This document shows positions 1 through 9,600 of a DNA stretch of 42,500 bases, piece by piece (within the stretch, counting starts at the first letter, position 1; every line of letters begins with the position of its first letter). The notes beneath the pieces were generated by a model. It was not told the DNA's origin and ran no database searches. It saw only the letters and a list, made by a program, of their open reading frames with translations. A program made the position numbers and the translations under genes. The DNA is from an uncultured Eubacterium sp. (GTDB taxonomy: Bacteria > Bacillota > Clostridia > Oscillospirales > Acutalibacteraceae), in assembly GCA_902462495.1 (NCBI GenBank), contig CABQCC010000001.1:1-42500 (forward strand), in the 5' to 3' direction.

Positions 1-1027
1 TTGCACCGTTGCCGACACTGCCCACAACAGCGTCAAGACCGATTGATGCAAAGTCATCCATAAACGGCTCCATACCAATCCAATGGTCACCCATAAACAT
101 CATAGCTTCCTTGCCGTACTCGTGAACAATGTCCACCATTTCCTTGGCAAGTTTGGCAACCTCACGCATTTGGAACTTTTGGAAATCCTTAAATTCCTTT
201 GACGGAATACGATAAGTGTTGTTCATATATCCCTGGTCAATGATGAACTCCGGACGGAACTTGTAGCCGACTTCTTTTTCGAATTGTTCAAGGATATACG
301 GACTTACAGAAGCCGAATAGCCGAACCAATCAACAAACTTTTCTCTTGCAAATTCATCAAACACAAGTGTGAACTGATGGAAAAATGTTGTGAATCTGAC
401 AACATCAACATAATCGTGAGTGTCAAGAAATCTGCGAAGTCTGTCGAGCGAATGTGCTCTTGTCTTTGGCTGACGAACATCAAAGGTAATCTGAGGTTCA
501 ACATCTTTCCACTCGTTGACAACTGCGTTGTACATATGAACCGGGTCCCACATAATGTAAGCAAGGAAGCTTACTGTATATTCGTGGAACGGTGTGCACT
601 TGTTGATTGTTACATTGCCCGTTGCCTCGTCATATTCCCAATCGGTCGGAGCAACAACATCACCTGTTGTGCGGTCGATAACTTCCCACCATCTTGTGAT
701 GTCATCACGGTTGTTGACCTTGAGCATATCGGGATAAAGATGATTCATAAGATGAATTTCAAGTGTTGACTCGGTTGCCGTGTAGAACGGAGTCATAATG
801 TACAGCTGCTGAATTTCATCAGGGTTAGCCTTTGCCCATTCGTTATCTTTTCTGGTTGTGTAATAGGTTGCATAAATCTTTGCACCTGTGTCTCTAAGCT
901 CCTGCGGGAACTCTGTGCCGTCACAATCACGGATTGCGTCTGCACCCCATTCGTCCATAATTTCAAGGGTTTCCTTAACCACATCCATATCGGTTGGAAT
1001 AGTTACTCTGCCTTTGTTTTGTGCCAT
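1..1027 (-). CDS. gnpA: 1,3-beta-galactosyl-N-acetylhexosamine (GNB/LNB) phosphorylase, GH112; 3' part runs off the window
   Basis: Not in the ORF track (no stop in window). Hand translation from ATG at 1027: MAQNKGRVTIPTDMDVVKETLEIMDEWGADAIRDCDGTEFPQEL...YATYYTTRKDNEWAKANPDEIQQ, the characteristic GH112 N-terminus (GRxT.P, WGADAxRDxDGT). GAGG SD upstream; 12 bp below the GH136-like gene. Confidence 0.93.
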   Translation of the reverse strand, partial: MAQNKGRVTIPTDMDVVKETLEIMDEWGADAIRDCDGTEFPQELRDTGAKIYATYYTTRKDNEWAKANPDEIQQLYIMTPFYTATESTLEIHLMNHLYPDMLKVNNRDDITRWWEVIDRTTGDVVAPTDWEYDEATGNVTINKCTPFHEYTVSFLAYIMWDPVHMYNAVVNEWKDVEPQITFDVRQPKTRAHSLDRLRRFLDTHDYVDVVRFTTFFHQFTLVFDEFAREKFVDWFGYSASVSPYILEQFEKEVGYKFRPEFIIDQGYMNNTYRIPSKEFKDFQKFQMREVAKLAKEMVDIVHEYGKEAMMFMGDHWIGMEPFMDDFASIGLDAVVGSVGNGA

Positions 1028-1039
1028 ATTTGTACCTCG

Positions 1040-2326
1040 TTAATCTATAATTTCTATTTTATTATTTTTAAGCGTCATTTTGCCGTGATTTCTCTTGCGT
1101 TTGAGCGGAACACTCTTACGCATATAAAATTCGTTGTCCGCAACATAAGCGTCAGGATTGCCGGACGGACTTAAAATTCCGCCCAAATCGTCATAGCTTA
1201 CATTATTGACAAATGTATTATGCACGGCTTCGCCGAGGCAGAACATCATACATCCGCCCTCGTTGAGCCTTGAATAGTTATATTTATATGTAGTGCCGTC
1301 ACCCGAATCGGCATCCCACGGCATACCGTCTTGATTGAGTTTTGTGTCTACGCCCTCGTTGTATTGAAGCAAAGCATTTTTGCACTTCCACGGCCAAATT
1401 GCAGCCGCAACCTTGCCCATTCTCTTGCCGGGTTTGGTATAAACACGGTCGTTCATCTCTGTTGCACAAGTGTCCGAAACATTGTGTTCAACAAGCGGAG
1501 TGAGTGCATACATCGGAGTGATTGCGTCACCGCCGATATTCTTTGTGTAGTTGCCTGTAATCAAAATGTTGAGGTTGCCGTATTTTTCAAAGGTTTCCTC
1601 TTTAAGTTCCTTGCCTGCAAAATCTGCGTGACGGTAAGTATAGCCGACTGCAATTCCCCATCTGCTGACATTCTTTACAAAACAGCCCTCAACAGTTACA
1701 CCGTCATATCTTGCAACGCCTGTTTTGCTTTCGTCCTCAGGCTTGAAAGCGGTCATATAAATACCGCCGTTGTTCATATGCTTGTTGTAAACATTGCCGT
1801 TGACATCGTGAACAAAAAGATTTTTGAGTGTGATTGAATGAACAGTTCCTCTGTTTTGAGCAACAACCGCAACACCCGTTCTGTCCCTCTTGTCGGGGTC
1901 GCTGTAAGCCTCAGGAGAAACAAATTCCTCCTTGTTGGCAATTTCTATATCACGAATGATGATATTTTCCACATCATAAAGAAGCACGGAGGAAGAAACA
2001 TCACCCTTGTAAATGTGTCCTGCATTGTCAAGCTTTGTGCCGTAATCCTGATACCAAATGCCCTCGCCGTTTGTGTTGATAAACGGAGGGCGCTCACCGT
2101 CACCGTAAGGTGCAATCTCAATCGCCTCGCCGTCAATGCTTCCGCAATTTTTGAGGTGCAAAAACTGATTGTTGAACACCGAGCCTCTTTCGAGCAAAAC
2201 TTTATCGCCTGCGTTGAGTTTGAGCGAATTAACCTTATCAAGAGTTAAAAAAGCGGTTTGAGGAGTCAAGCCGTCATTATTGTCGTTTCCGTTAAGAGAG
2301 CTTGCGTAATATGTTGTTGATTTCAT
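1040..2326 (-). CDS. GH136-like lacto-N-biosidase catalytic subunit (right-handed beta-helix), no signal peptide
   Basis: N-terminal TYYxSSxxGNDxNDG...LxAGDKVLLERGSVF beta-helix signature; AAIWPW and NQDGMPWDADSGDG motifs (two Asp 7 residues apart, as recalled for the LnbX catalytic pair); adjacent to GH112. SD GGAGG spacing favours ATG 2326 over 2332. Confidence 0.8.
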   Translation of the reverse strand: MKSTTYYASSLNGNDNNDGLTPQTAFLTLDKVNSLKLNAGDKVLLERGSVFNNQFLHLKNCGSIDGEAIEIAPYGDGERPPFINTNGEGIWYQDYGTKLDNAGHIYKGDVSSSVLLYDVENIIIRDIEIANKEEFVSPEAYSDPDKRDRTGVAVVAQNRGTVHSITLKNLFVHDVNGNVYNKHMNNGGIYMTAFKPEDESKTGVARYDGVTVEGCFVKNVSRWGIAVGYTYRHADFAGKELKEETFEKYGNLNILITGNYTKNIGGDAITPMYALTPLVEHNVSDTCATEMNDRVYTKPGKRMGKVAAAIWPWKCKNALLQYNEGVDTKLNQDGMPWDADSGDGTTYKYNYSRLNEGGCMMFCLGEAVHNTFVNNVSYDDLGGILSPSGNPDAYVADNEFYMRKSVPLKRKRNHGKMTLKNNKIEIID

Positions 2327-2738
2327 TTTCATATTCCTCCTCTCTTATTTTCTTGTACACAACATCTCGTGATTCTTTGAATCTGAACCTGTCGCCGTTA
2401 TATCGGGTGAACAAGTCCTTGTTGAGTTTGTAGTATTCTTTAAGCTGTGGTTTTTCAATAGGCTTGTAGCTATAATTAATGCCCTTTTGTTCCGACACAA
2501 AATCAAGTCTGAAACGGGTAAGTTCCCAATCAAGATACGCTGTCGGTGTAAACTGCTTCAAACCGTAAACAATCTCGCCGTTATCAAGAGCAGTTTTGCG
2601 CTTGGCATTTTCCTTTTCACATCTTGACACAACCGCATCAATACTGCTGTCGTCAATCAGTCCGAGCTGTTCGGCAAAAACAAGACACGCTTTTGCGTAC
2701 TTTTCCTCTTTTTCGCTCGTGAAAAAAATATTATTCAT
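2292..2738 (-). CDS. Putative GH136 helper subunit (LnbY/Lnb136-I-like helical protein)
   Basis: 148 aa from ATG 2738 (SD GGAGAGGGA); helical and charged, ending in YYKLNKDLFTRYNGD...KKIREEEY; overlaps the GH136-like gene by 35 bp. Call rests mainly on position and on the known two-component organisation of GH136. Confidence 0.6.
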   Translation of the reverse strand: MNNIFFTSEKEEKYAKACLVFAEQLGLIDDSSIDAVVSRCEKENAKRKTALDNGEIVYGLKQFTPTAYLDWELTRFRLDFVSEQKGINYSYKPIEKPQLKEYYKLNKDLFTRYNGDRFRFKESRDVVYKKIREEEYENEINNILRKLS

Positions 2739-2820
2739 AATCCCTCTCCGATTGTTATTTATGCCCGACTGCAAGCCACAATTTTTGGGCTAAAAATTGC
2801 AAATCGACATATCCCATTTA

Positions 2821-2850
2821 ATTATAATATATAATACAATCAATATTCAA
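2821..2850 (-). promoter_or_regulatory. Candidate sigma70-type promoter for the GH136/GH112 operon
   Basis: Minus strand TTGAAT-N18-TATAAT, 82 bp upstream of ATG 2738; region is AT-rich, so chance matches are possible. Confidence 0.4.
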
Positions 2851-2928
2851 GGCACAATCAAAACTATATAGTAAAAAAAGTGTCGGATTTTTTGGCTATT
2901 ATTACTAAAAAATACCGTCTTAATTTGC

Positions 2929-2957
2929 TTGAAAGAACGCTCAATTTTTGGTAAACT
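2929..2957 (+). promoter_or_regulatory. Candidate sigma70-type promoter for tex
   Basis: TTGAAA-N17-TAAACT with TGn extended -10, about 30 bp upstream of ATG 2987. Confidence 0.5.
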
Positions 2958-2986
2958 GAATGTATCACACAAAAAAGGAAGTAACT

Positions 2987-5158
2987 ATGGATATAGTAAA
3001 ACAATTAGAGCTTGAATTTTCGCTAAAGCCTTGGCAGGCAGAAAACACAGTTAAACTCATTGACGACGGAAACACAATTCCGTTCATTGCACGATACAGA
3101 AAGGAAGCCACGGGTTCGCTTGACGACCAATTGCTCAGAGAGTTGAACGACAGGCTGAACTATCTCCGCTCATTAGAGGAGCAAAAAGAAAAGATTGTTG
3201 CATCCATCACCGAGCAGGAAAAGATGACGGACGACATTGCAAAATCTATCGAAAACGCAAAGACGATGACGGAACTTGAGGACATCTACCGTCCGTTCCG
3301 CCCAAAGAGAAAAACAAGAGCCTCGGTTGCAAAAGCACTCGGACTTGAACCGCTTGCAGAGGCAATCTATGCACAGGAAAAAGGCACACCTGCACCCGAA
3401 ATTTTGGCAGAGGACTACCTGACCGATGAGGTTGCAGACATTGAAAGTGCGCTTCAAGGTGCAAAGGACATCATTGCAGAGCTTGTTTCCGACGACCCAA
3501 ATGGCAGAAAACTTATCCGCTACGCCGTGCACAACAACGGTATGCTCACATCAAAGGGAGCAGATGACAACCTCGGCGTGTATGAAATGTACAAGGAATA
3601 CAGCGAGCCTGTGAAATCCATTGCAGGGCACAGAGTTTTGGCTGTCAACAGAGGCGAAAAAGAGGGCAAACTCAAGGTTTCGATTGAATTTGACAAGACC
3701 ATTGCCACCGACCTGTTGTTCAACATCCATTGCAAAAACAACACCAAGGCGACCGACCTTGTTATCGAAGCTGTTGAAGATTCTTTCAGCAGACTCATCT
3801 TCCCGTCTATCGAGCGAGAAATCCGCAACGAACTGACCGACAATGCCTGCGAAGCATCAATCAAAGTTTTTGGCGAAAACACTCGTCAGCTCCTTATGCA
3901 ACCGCCTGTAAAGGGCAATGTTACAATCGGGCTTGACCCCGGCTATCGCACAGGCTGCAAGGTTGCGGTTATCAGCGAAACAGGCAAGGTGCTCGACACG
4001 GGAGTTATTTATCCTGCACCGCCGCACAACAAAATTGACGAAGCGAAAAAGACAATCACCGCACTTGTGAAAAAGCACAATGTCAAGATGTTTGCAATCG
4101 GCAACGGCACGGCATCGCACGAAACAGAGGTGTTTGCGTCCGACCTTATCAAAGAACTTGACTGCGGTATAACCTATATGGTTGTCAGCGAAGCGGGCGC
4201 ATCGGTTTACAGCGCATCAAAGCTTGCGGCGGAGGAATTTCCGCAATTCGATGTCAGCCTGCGTAGTGCGGTCAGCATTGCAAGACGACTCCAAGACCCG
4301 CTTGCAGAACTTGTAAAAATCGACCCAAAGGCAATCGGAGTCGGTCAATATCAACACGATATGCCACAAAAAGAACTGTCGGCAGAGCTTGACGGCGTGG
4401 TTGAAAGCTGTGTAAACAGCGTCGGAGTTGACCTCAACACGGCGTCACCGCAATTGCTGTCGAGAGTTGCAGGCGTTTCAAGTGCCGTGGCAAAAAATAT
4501 TGTTGCATACCGTGAGGAAAACGGCTCGTTCACATCAAGAAGCGAGTTGAAAAAAGTTGCAAAGTTAGGTCCAAAGGCATTTGAACAGTGCGCAGGTTTC
4601 TTGCGTGTTGCCGAAAGCAAGAATGTGCTTGACAACACCGCCGTTCACCCTGAAAGTTATTCGGCGGCAAAAGAACTTTTGAAAGTTTGCGAAGTGTCTG
4701 AAAACGACATCAAATCGGGCAACATCACGAAACTTCAATCGCAGGTGCAAACAATCGGCACATCGGCACTTGCACAAAAACTTGACATCGGCGAGCCGAC
4801 CCTCGTTGACATCATCAGCGAACTTTCAAAACCGGGTCGTGACCCAAGAGATGAACTGCCAAAGCCACTTTTGCGCACAGATGTTATGGGCATGGAGGAC
4901 TTGAAAGCCGGAATGGAACTCAACGGCACGGTCAGAAATGTTATCGACTTTGGTGCATTTGTTGACATCGGCGTACATCAAGACGGACTTGTGCATATCA
5001 GCCAAATCACAAACCGCTACATCAAGCACCCATCGGATGTGCTCAAGGTGGGCGACATTGTGACCGTTTGGGTGCTGTCGGTTGATGTTGACAAAAAGCG
5101 AATTTCGCTGACTATGAAAAACCCTAACGAAAAGAAAGACAAAAAAGACAAAAAATAA
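2987..5158 (+). CDS. tex: Tex/YhgF RNA-binding transcriptional accessory protein
   Basis: TIPFIARYRKEATGSLD, GLDPGYRTGCK (YqgF-like domain), GASVYSAS, SIARRLQDPLAELVKIDPKAIGVGQYQHD, HhH motifs and C-terminal S1 domain (GTVRNVIDFGAFVDIGVHQDGLVHIS). AAGGA SD favours ATG 2987. Confidence 0.97.
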   Translation: MDIVKQLELEFSLKPWQAENTVKLIDDGNTIPFIARYRKEATGSLDDQLLRELNDRLNYLRSLEEQKEKIVASITEQEKMTDDIAKSIENAKTMTELEDIYRPFRPKRKTRASVAKALGLEPLAEAIYAQEKGTPAPEILAEDYLTDEVADIESALQGAKDIIAELVSDDPNGRKLIRYAVHNNGMLTSKGADDNLGVYEMYKEYSEPVKSIAGHRVLAVNRGEKEGKLKVSIEFDKTIATDLLFNIHCKNNTKATDLVIEAVEDSFSRLIFPSIEREIRNELTDNACEASIKVFGENTRQLLMQPPVKGNVTIGLDPGYRTGCKVAVISETGKVLDTGVIYPAPPHNKIDEAKKTITALVKKHNVKMFAIGNGTASHETEVFASDLIKELDCGITYMVVSEAGASVYSASKLAAEEFPQFDVSLRSAVSIARRLQDPLAELVKIDPKAIGVGQYQHDMPQKELSAELDGVVESCVNSVGVDLNTASPQLLSRVAGVSSAVAKNIVAYREENGSFTSRSELKKVAKLGPKAFEQCAGFLRVAESKNVLDNTAVHPESYSAAKELLKVCEVSENDIKSGNITKLQSQVQTIGTSALAQKLDIGEPTLVDIISELSKPGRDPRDELPKPLLRTDVMGMEDLKAGMELNGTVRNVIDFGAFVDIGVHQDGLVHISQITNRYIKHPSDVLKVGDIVTVWVLSVDVDKKRISLTMKNPNEKKDKKDKK

Positions 5159-5167
5159 TTGCAAAAT

Positions 5168-5201
5168 AAAAATCCGTAAGCATAAAGTTTACGGATTTTT
5201 T
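5168..5201. terminator. Bidirectional intrinsic terminator
   Basis: AAAAATCCGTAA-gcataaagt-TTACGGATTTTT between convergent tex and PPTase; T-runs on both strands. Confidence 0.85.
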
Positions 5202-5203
5202 GC

Positions 5204-5770
5204 TTATGAAATTACAATCGCCAACACATAATCGCCGAGGAATTGAAGTTCGGCGGTTATTTTTTTGCCGTCAAAAAGAAAAAAATCACCCTTTGCAAGC
5301 GGTAAAACATCAACCCCGTCAAACAGCATTTTTATGCCCTTGCCCGTGAGTTTTGACAACGCCTCTTTGAGCGTCCACAAGGTCGTCAATTTCACCTTGT
5401 CATCGCCTGCCCACGCCTGTTCGGGTTCTGTAAAAAATCGAGCCGAAACATTCTTTTTCACTCTGCCGACTGCCTCAATATCAATTCCGACAGGGCAATC
5501 AAAAACAGCCAAAACGCAGTAATTTCCGCTGTGTGAAATGCTGACAAATCTGCCGTCGGTCAAATACGGTTTGCCCGTGTCGGAGCACAGAATTTCGTCC
5601 TCGGCAATTCCTGCCTTACCGAGCAAAACAGCAACGCAAAGGCACAAATCCCTGTCCGATTTTTGACTGTATTCAAGTGATTTTTTGTATCTTTTCGGAT
5701 AGTTTTTTTCAACAAATTCAACCGCTGTCGAAGTCAATTCAACAGCGGTCATCATATAAATCTTGTTCAT
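5204..5770 (-). CDS. 4'-phosphopantetheinyl transferase, Sfp-type
   Basis: GKPYL, SISHSG, VGIDIE and WTLKEALSKLTGKG motifs; start overlaps the upstream stop (ATGA, 5767-5770). Confidence 0.9.
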   Translation of the reverse strand: MNKIYMMTAVELTSTAVEFVEKNYPKRYKKSLEYSQKSDRDLCLCVAVLLGKAGIAEDEILCSDTGKPYLTDGRFVSISHSGNYCVLAVFDCPVGIDIEAVGRVKKNVSARFFTEPEQAWAGDDKVKLTTLWTLKEALSKLTGKGIKMLFDGVDVLPLAKGDFFLFDGKKITAELQFLGDYVLAIVIS

Positions 5771-6549
5771 TCAAAATAAAAATATCTGTGCATAAATTCT
5801 TCTACTTTAGGGGCATAAACCTTGTTGTAGCCAGCCTTTGTAGGTGATGAATCGTCAACCATATACAGCCTTTTTTCTTTTTTATCAAGTGAAATTTCCT
5901 CGTCATCGTAGAAATTTATCACTTTCGTGTTCCATTTTTCAGCCACATCATTCGCCGCTTTTACAACCTCGGCATATTTCTTTTTGTTGTTGCTTGGACA
6001 AGTGATAAACACCACCTTGCAACCCCAGTTCAAATCCGCACTTGCGCAAATATATTCCATTGCGCCGTAGAGAGTTGTTGTGTCGTAATCGCCGATATAG
6101 TAGCTTGAGGTCAACTCGCCGTTTGACTGCTTGCCCTTTGCATTGCACACGGGAACTTCGCAAAAAACGACCTTTGGATTTGTATTTTTCTCAACCGCTT
6201 TTTTGAAACAATAAACAAGTGTATCTTCGTCATTGCCGTTGAGTTTGTAGCCCTCACCGCCGTATTTTTTGCACTTTATGCCGTCAACCGCTTTGAGATA
6301 GTCAACAAAAGACTGACCGTCCGACTTGGAACCATAGGTAAAATCCGAGCCCAAAAACACATACGGGTCGCCTTTCATAACAGAATTCTCATTCAATTTC
6401 AGTTGCTGAACATTGTATTCATCGTTGTTGCCCTTGCTGATTGAGCCTGTTTGCTTGCCTGCAACAAAATAAATACCGACAAAAACGACAGCCAATGCCA
6501 ATGCCAAAACGACAAATAATTTCACTTTATTTTTGGTTTGTTTATCCAT
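5767..6549 (-). CDS. Membrane-anchored SGNH/GDSL-fold protein, probably catalytically degenerate
   Basis: N-terminal TM helix (LFVVLALALAVVFVGIYFVA); block I VFLGSDFTYG; AEKWNTKVINFY; block V LYMVDDSSPTKAGY in place of DxxHPxxxGY. Confidence 0.7.
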   Translation of the reverse strand: MDKQTKNKVKLFVVLALALAVVFVGIYFVAGKQTGSISKGNNDEYNVQQLKLNENSVMKGDPYVFLGSDFTYGSKSDGQSFVDYLKAVDGIKCKKYGGEGYKLNGNDEDTLVYCFKKAVEKNTNPKVVFCEVPVCNAKGKQSNGELTSSYYIGDYDTTTLYGAMEYICASADLNWGCKVVFITCPSNNKKKYAEVVKAANDVAEKWNTKVINFYDDEEISLDKKEKRLYMVDDSSPTKAGYNKVYAPKVEEFMHRYFYFE

Positions 6550-6575
6550 CAAAATTTATCCCTTAAACTTTTTGC

Positions 6576-6615
6576 AACAGGCAAAAACGACAATTGCTCA
6601 TCGTCCTTGCCTGTT
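6576..6615 (-). terminator. Stem-loop directly downstream of the giant pilin gene (terminator or 3' stabiliser)
   Basis: Minus strand AACAGGCAAGGACGA-N10-TCGTTTTTGCCTGTT (15-bp stem with two G:U pairs), 9 bp after the stop; no clean U-tract after the stem. Confidence 0.6.
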
Positions 6616-6624
6616 ATTAATCTG

Positions 6625-9600
6625 TCAACCCGTTGTGTCAAGTTCCGTGCCTTGCCCTGTACCGTTTGATTTGTTGTCTAAGATTTTTTCGTCAAAGAAC
6701 ATATAGGCGCCACCCTTGTTTTCGGCTTTTGAATTGCCCAATGCAACATATTCGGACGAAACATTGTTTTCCATATTGTCGAACTCTTCTTTTGAAATCA
6801 AGTAAACCTTACCCGATTCAAGAAGCTGAAGATCCATATTTCTCCAATTTTCAAATCTATGGATGTTGATATAGAAAGTCTTGATGTCAACAGTATCGCC
6901 GATTACCGAGCCCCAAATTTCTTGATAGAAGCCGTCAAAAGTTACGGCACCGTGCGGAGCATAGAACAATGCCGACATTTTGCCATAAATTGCATTATAG
7001 GTGATATTGCCCCTGTAAGCGGCAATAGCATTTGGCAATTGATACAAATTGTTGTCGTCATTTTCCGAAGCATTATAGAACGGGTCGGAAATAGACACAT
7101 CGCCCTTGCAAGCCACAAGATAAGACATTCTCATCTCGGTTGAAGTTGATATGGTGATGTTGTTATTAGCATAAATCGTAACCGGACAGGTCACATTTTT
7201 CCTGAGCGTTTTTTTGTCAAGGAGAGCACCGCACTTGTCACACTTATATGTTTTATTCGGGTCATAATTCTTTGTATAAACCACATATCCGTGAGGGTGC
7301 TTTGCCTTGTTTTTACATCTCAATGTTGTGTAAACATCGCCTCTTGAAACAAAACCGCTGTAGCCATCGCCTTTTATTCCGCCTACCAAATCAAGGCTTG
7401 GTGTTGAACACTTGAAGTCGTGGCCAAAGTAAGCCAAAGAATCGTGACACAACAATACTTTGCCGAATGTAAGCAAATCGTGTGTGCCCATAACGGAAGC
7501 ATTCTTGTTCAAAGTGAAATCACCCATTGCATAAATTGAGCCGTTCTTGAATGACAATTTATCCTTCAAGTTATATGCAAACAATTTGAGGTTTTTGATG
7601 ATTTCGCCACCGACTGTGCCATCACTTTCAAAATTTGCATCAACATGCTTGTAGGTGTCGTTTTCATACGCCTCAGGAAGAACCCACATATCAGAGTTAC
7701 TTCTGAGTGTTATGTATCTGTTTGCAAATACATATTTGCCGACCGTTGTGCTGGAGAAACCGTATTGTCTGATATAACCCAAATACGATACCAAAGCCTT
7801 GCCGATGTAGAATTCACCGCCGTCAGCCTTGTCGGTATAATCATCAAGCAAATCGTTTTTAAGTTCTTCTGCATTTTCATCTGCTATTGCGCACTTGCTA
7901 AAATCGCCCTTACAAACAGGACAATCAGGGTTTGCCTTGCTGCACTTTGAAGTACAAATACAAACCTTGTCGTCTGAATTGTCAGGATTTTCAGCCTTAC
8001 AGCTATGCCAATCAGAACCGTGAGTGCCGTTGCAGACAGGACAATCGTTGTTGAAATTGCCGTCTGTGCACAATTCCGAACAGATACATTCATAAGGTGC
8101 CTTACATGCGTCGGCAGGTTTGCTTGCATTGCCGCAAATCGGGCAATCCTTGTCGTAGTCATCATTTGTACAATGACCTGTACAAGTACAAACATTGTCG
8201 CCTGATTTCGGTGTTTCGTATCTAAGGGTATCCTTATATTTTGCATCGTATTTGCCGAGTTCAATATATCTGAGTGCGGTCATATTGCCTGCACAGAATA
8301 CCTTTGTTTTGTCAGCAATGTTGATTTTGCCGAGTGTTGCCTTTATTGAACCGCAAGCATAAACTATTGCACTTGTTTTTGCCTCAAACGAAGTTCCGCA
8401 CTTTATATCGCCGCCGCTGAAGATTGTGCCGTGCTCACGAACACAAACATAGTTCCAAGCGTTGATATTATCCTTTGCGAAAATTTCGGAATACTGACCT
8501 ACATCAATATATCTGTGAGTCGCAATCTTTCCGCCCGAATATACGCTTGTGTCGTGCATAAGCTTAACCATTCCACGAGGAGTGTAATCCTTTCCGGTTC
8601 TGATTGTTGTGCCCGGATAAATATTTACCTTTCTGTCGAGGTCAAGCTTGCCCTGAACATAGAGATAGCAAGCGTTTGCATAGTTATAATCGAACTTTGG
8701 ATTTTGGACTTTTTCTCCGTCTTTTTGGATAAATCTCGGTTCATCTTCGTCATCAACGAATGTGCCCTTAGATGCCCAAGTGTCGCCGTCATCGGAAACA
8801 TTGAGCGCTCTGCCGATTTCAAATGCGGTAATCTTGCCGAGAACATCGGTTCTGTTAACCAAATCGCCGTAAACATAGAACTTTGTCATATCGGAAATTC
8901 TTGCTCTGTCGTTGAGCAATGCGCTTCCGTGAACATAGAATCTGTTGAGCATTGTCTTTGTTCTGCCCTCTCTAAGAGTAGCCTGAACATCGAATCTGTT
9001 GTTTACAACAAACTTAAAGTTGTCAAGATTATAGCCGTCAATCTTAAGGCTGAGATTTGTCACACGGTTTTGAAGCCATGTGATAAAGTTGGTTGTTGTG
9101 TTAACTCCGCCCTTGTCAAGACCGTCAACGATAAATGTCAAATTCTTGTGAGGGGTGAAGATACTGTTTGTGAAGAATGAACCGCCAACATAGATGTTTG
9201 CATTTGAGAAAACATCAAAATAGTTCCATGTGCTGACACCGCCCCAGCTACCTGCAAGGTCACCGGCTCCGCCTTGACCGTTGGTGCTGATTGCCATATT
9301 TCCGCCAACATAAAGATATGAACTTGAGTTGAGGTCGTCCTCACTGTTTGCTTTTTCAGAGATACCGATTCTTGCGCAACGCTTTGAAATGAAGTTGCCG
9401 TCACACATAAGCATTGAGTTACGCATTGTAAGTGTACCGCTGTTCGAGAAAAGTTCGCCCGAAACGAATGTGCTTGAACCGACTTGTGCAGAAATTGCAA
9501 CATAGTTGATTGCATAATTTTCATAAGAATACGACTTCATGCAACCGTCAACATACATCTTGCCGTAGTTTTGGATTGTGCCGCCTATCTTTTCTTGGGC

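Noticed and set aside
284..984. ORF-track entries 284-769(+), 304-564(-) and 793-984(-)
   Set aside because: Antisense or out-of-frame shadows of the real GH112 gene (<1-1027, minus), which the track missed because its stop is outside the window.
2960..5158. tex as part of the pilus or a defence system
   Set aside because: Widespread housekeeping gene on the opposite strand with its own promoter and terminator.
6625..6650. C-terminal LDTTG of the giant protein as a sortase LPxTG signal
   Set aside because: No Pro, and no hydrophobic helix or basic tail follows; the protein ends at this Gly.
6625..7200. Giant protein as a polymorphic toxin (CdiA-like) with a downstream immunity gene
   Set aside because: The C-terminus looks like a beta-helix cap, no nuclease/deaminase motif was recognised, and the next gene is a TM-anchored SGNH-fold protein separated by a hairpin.
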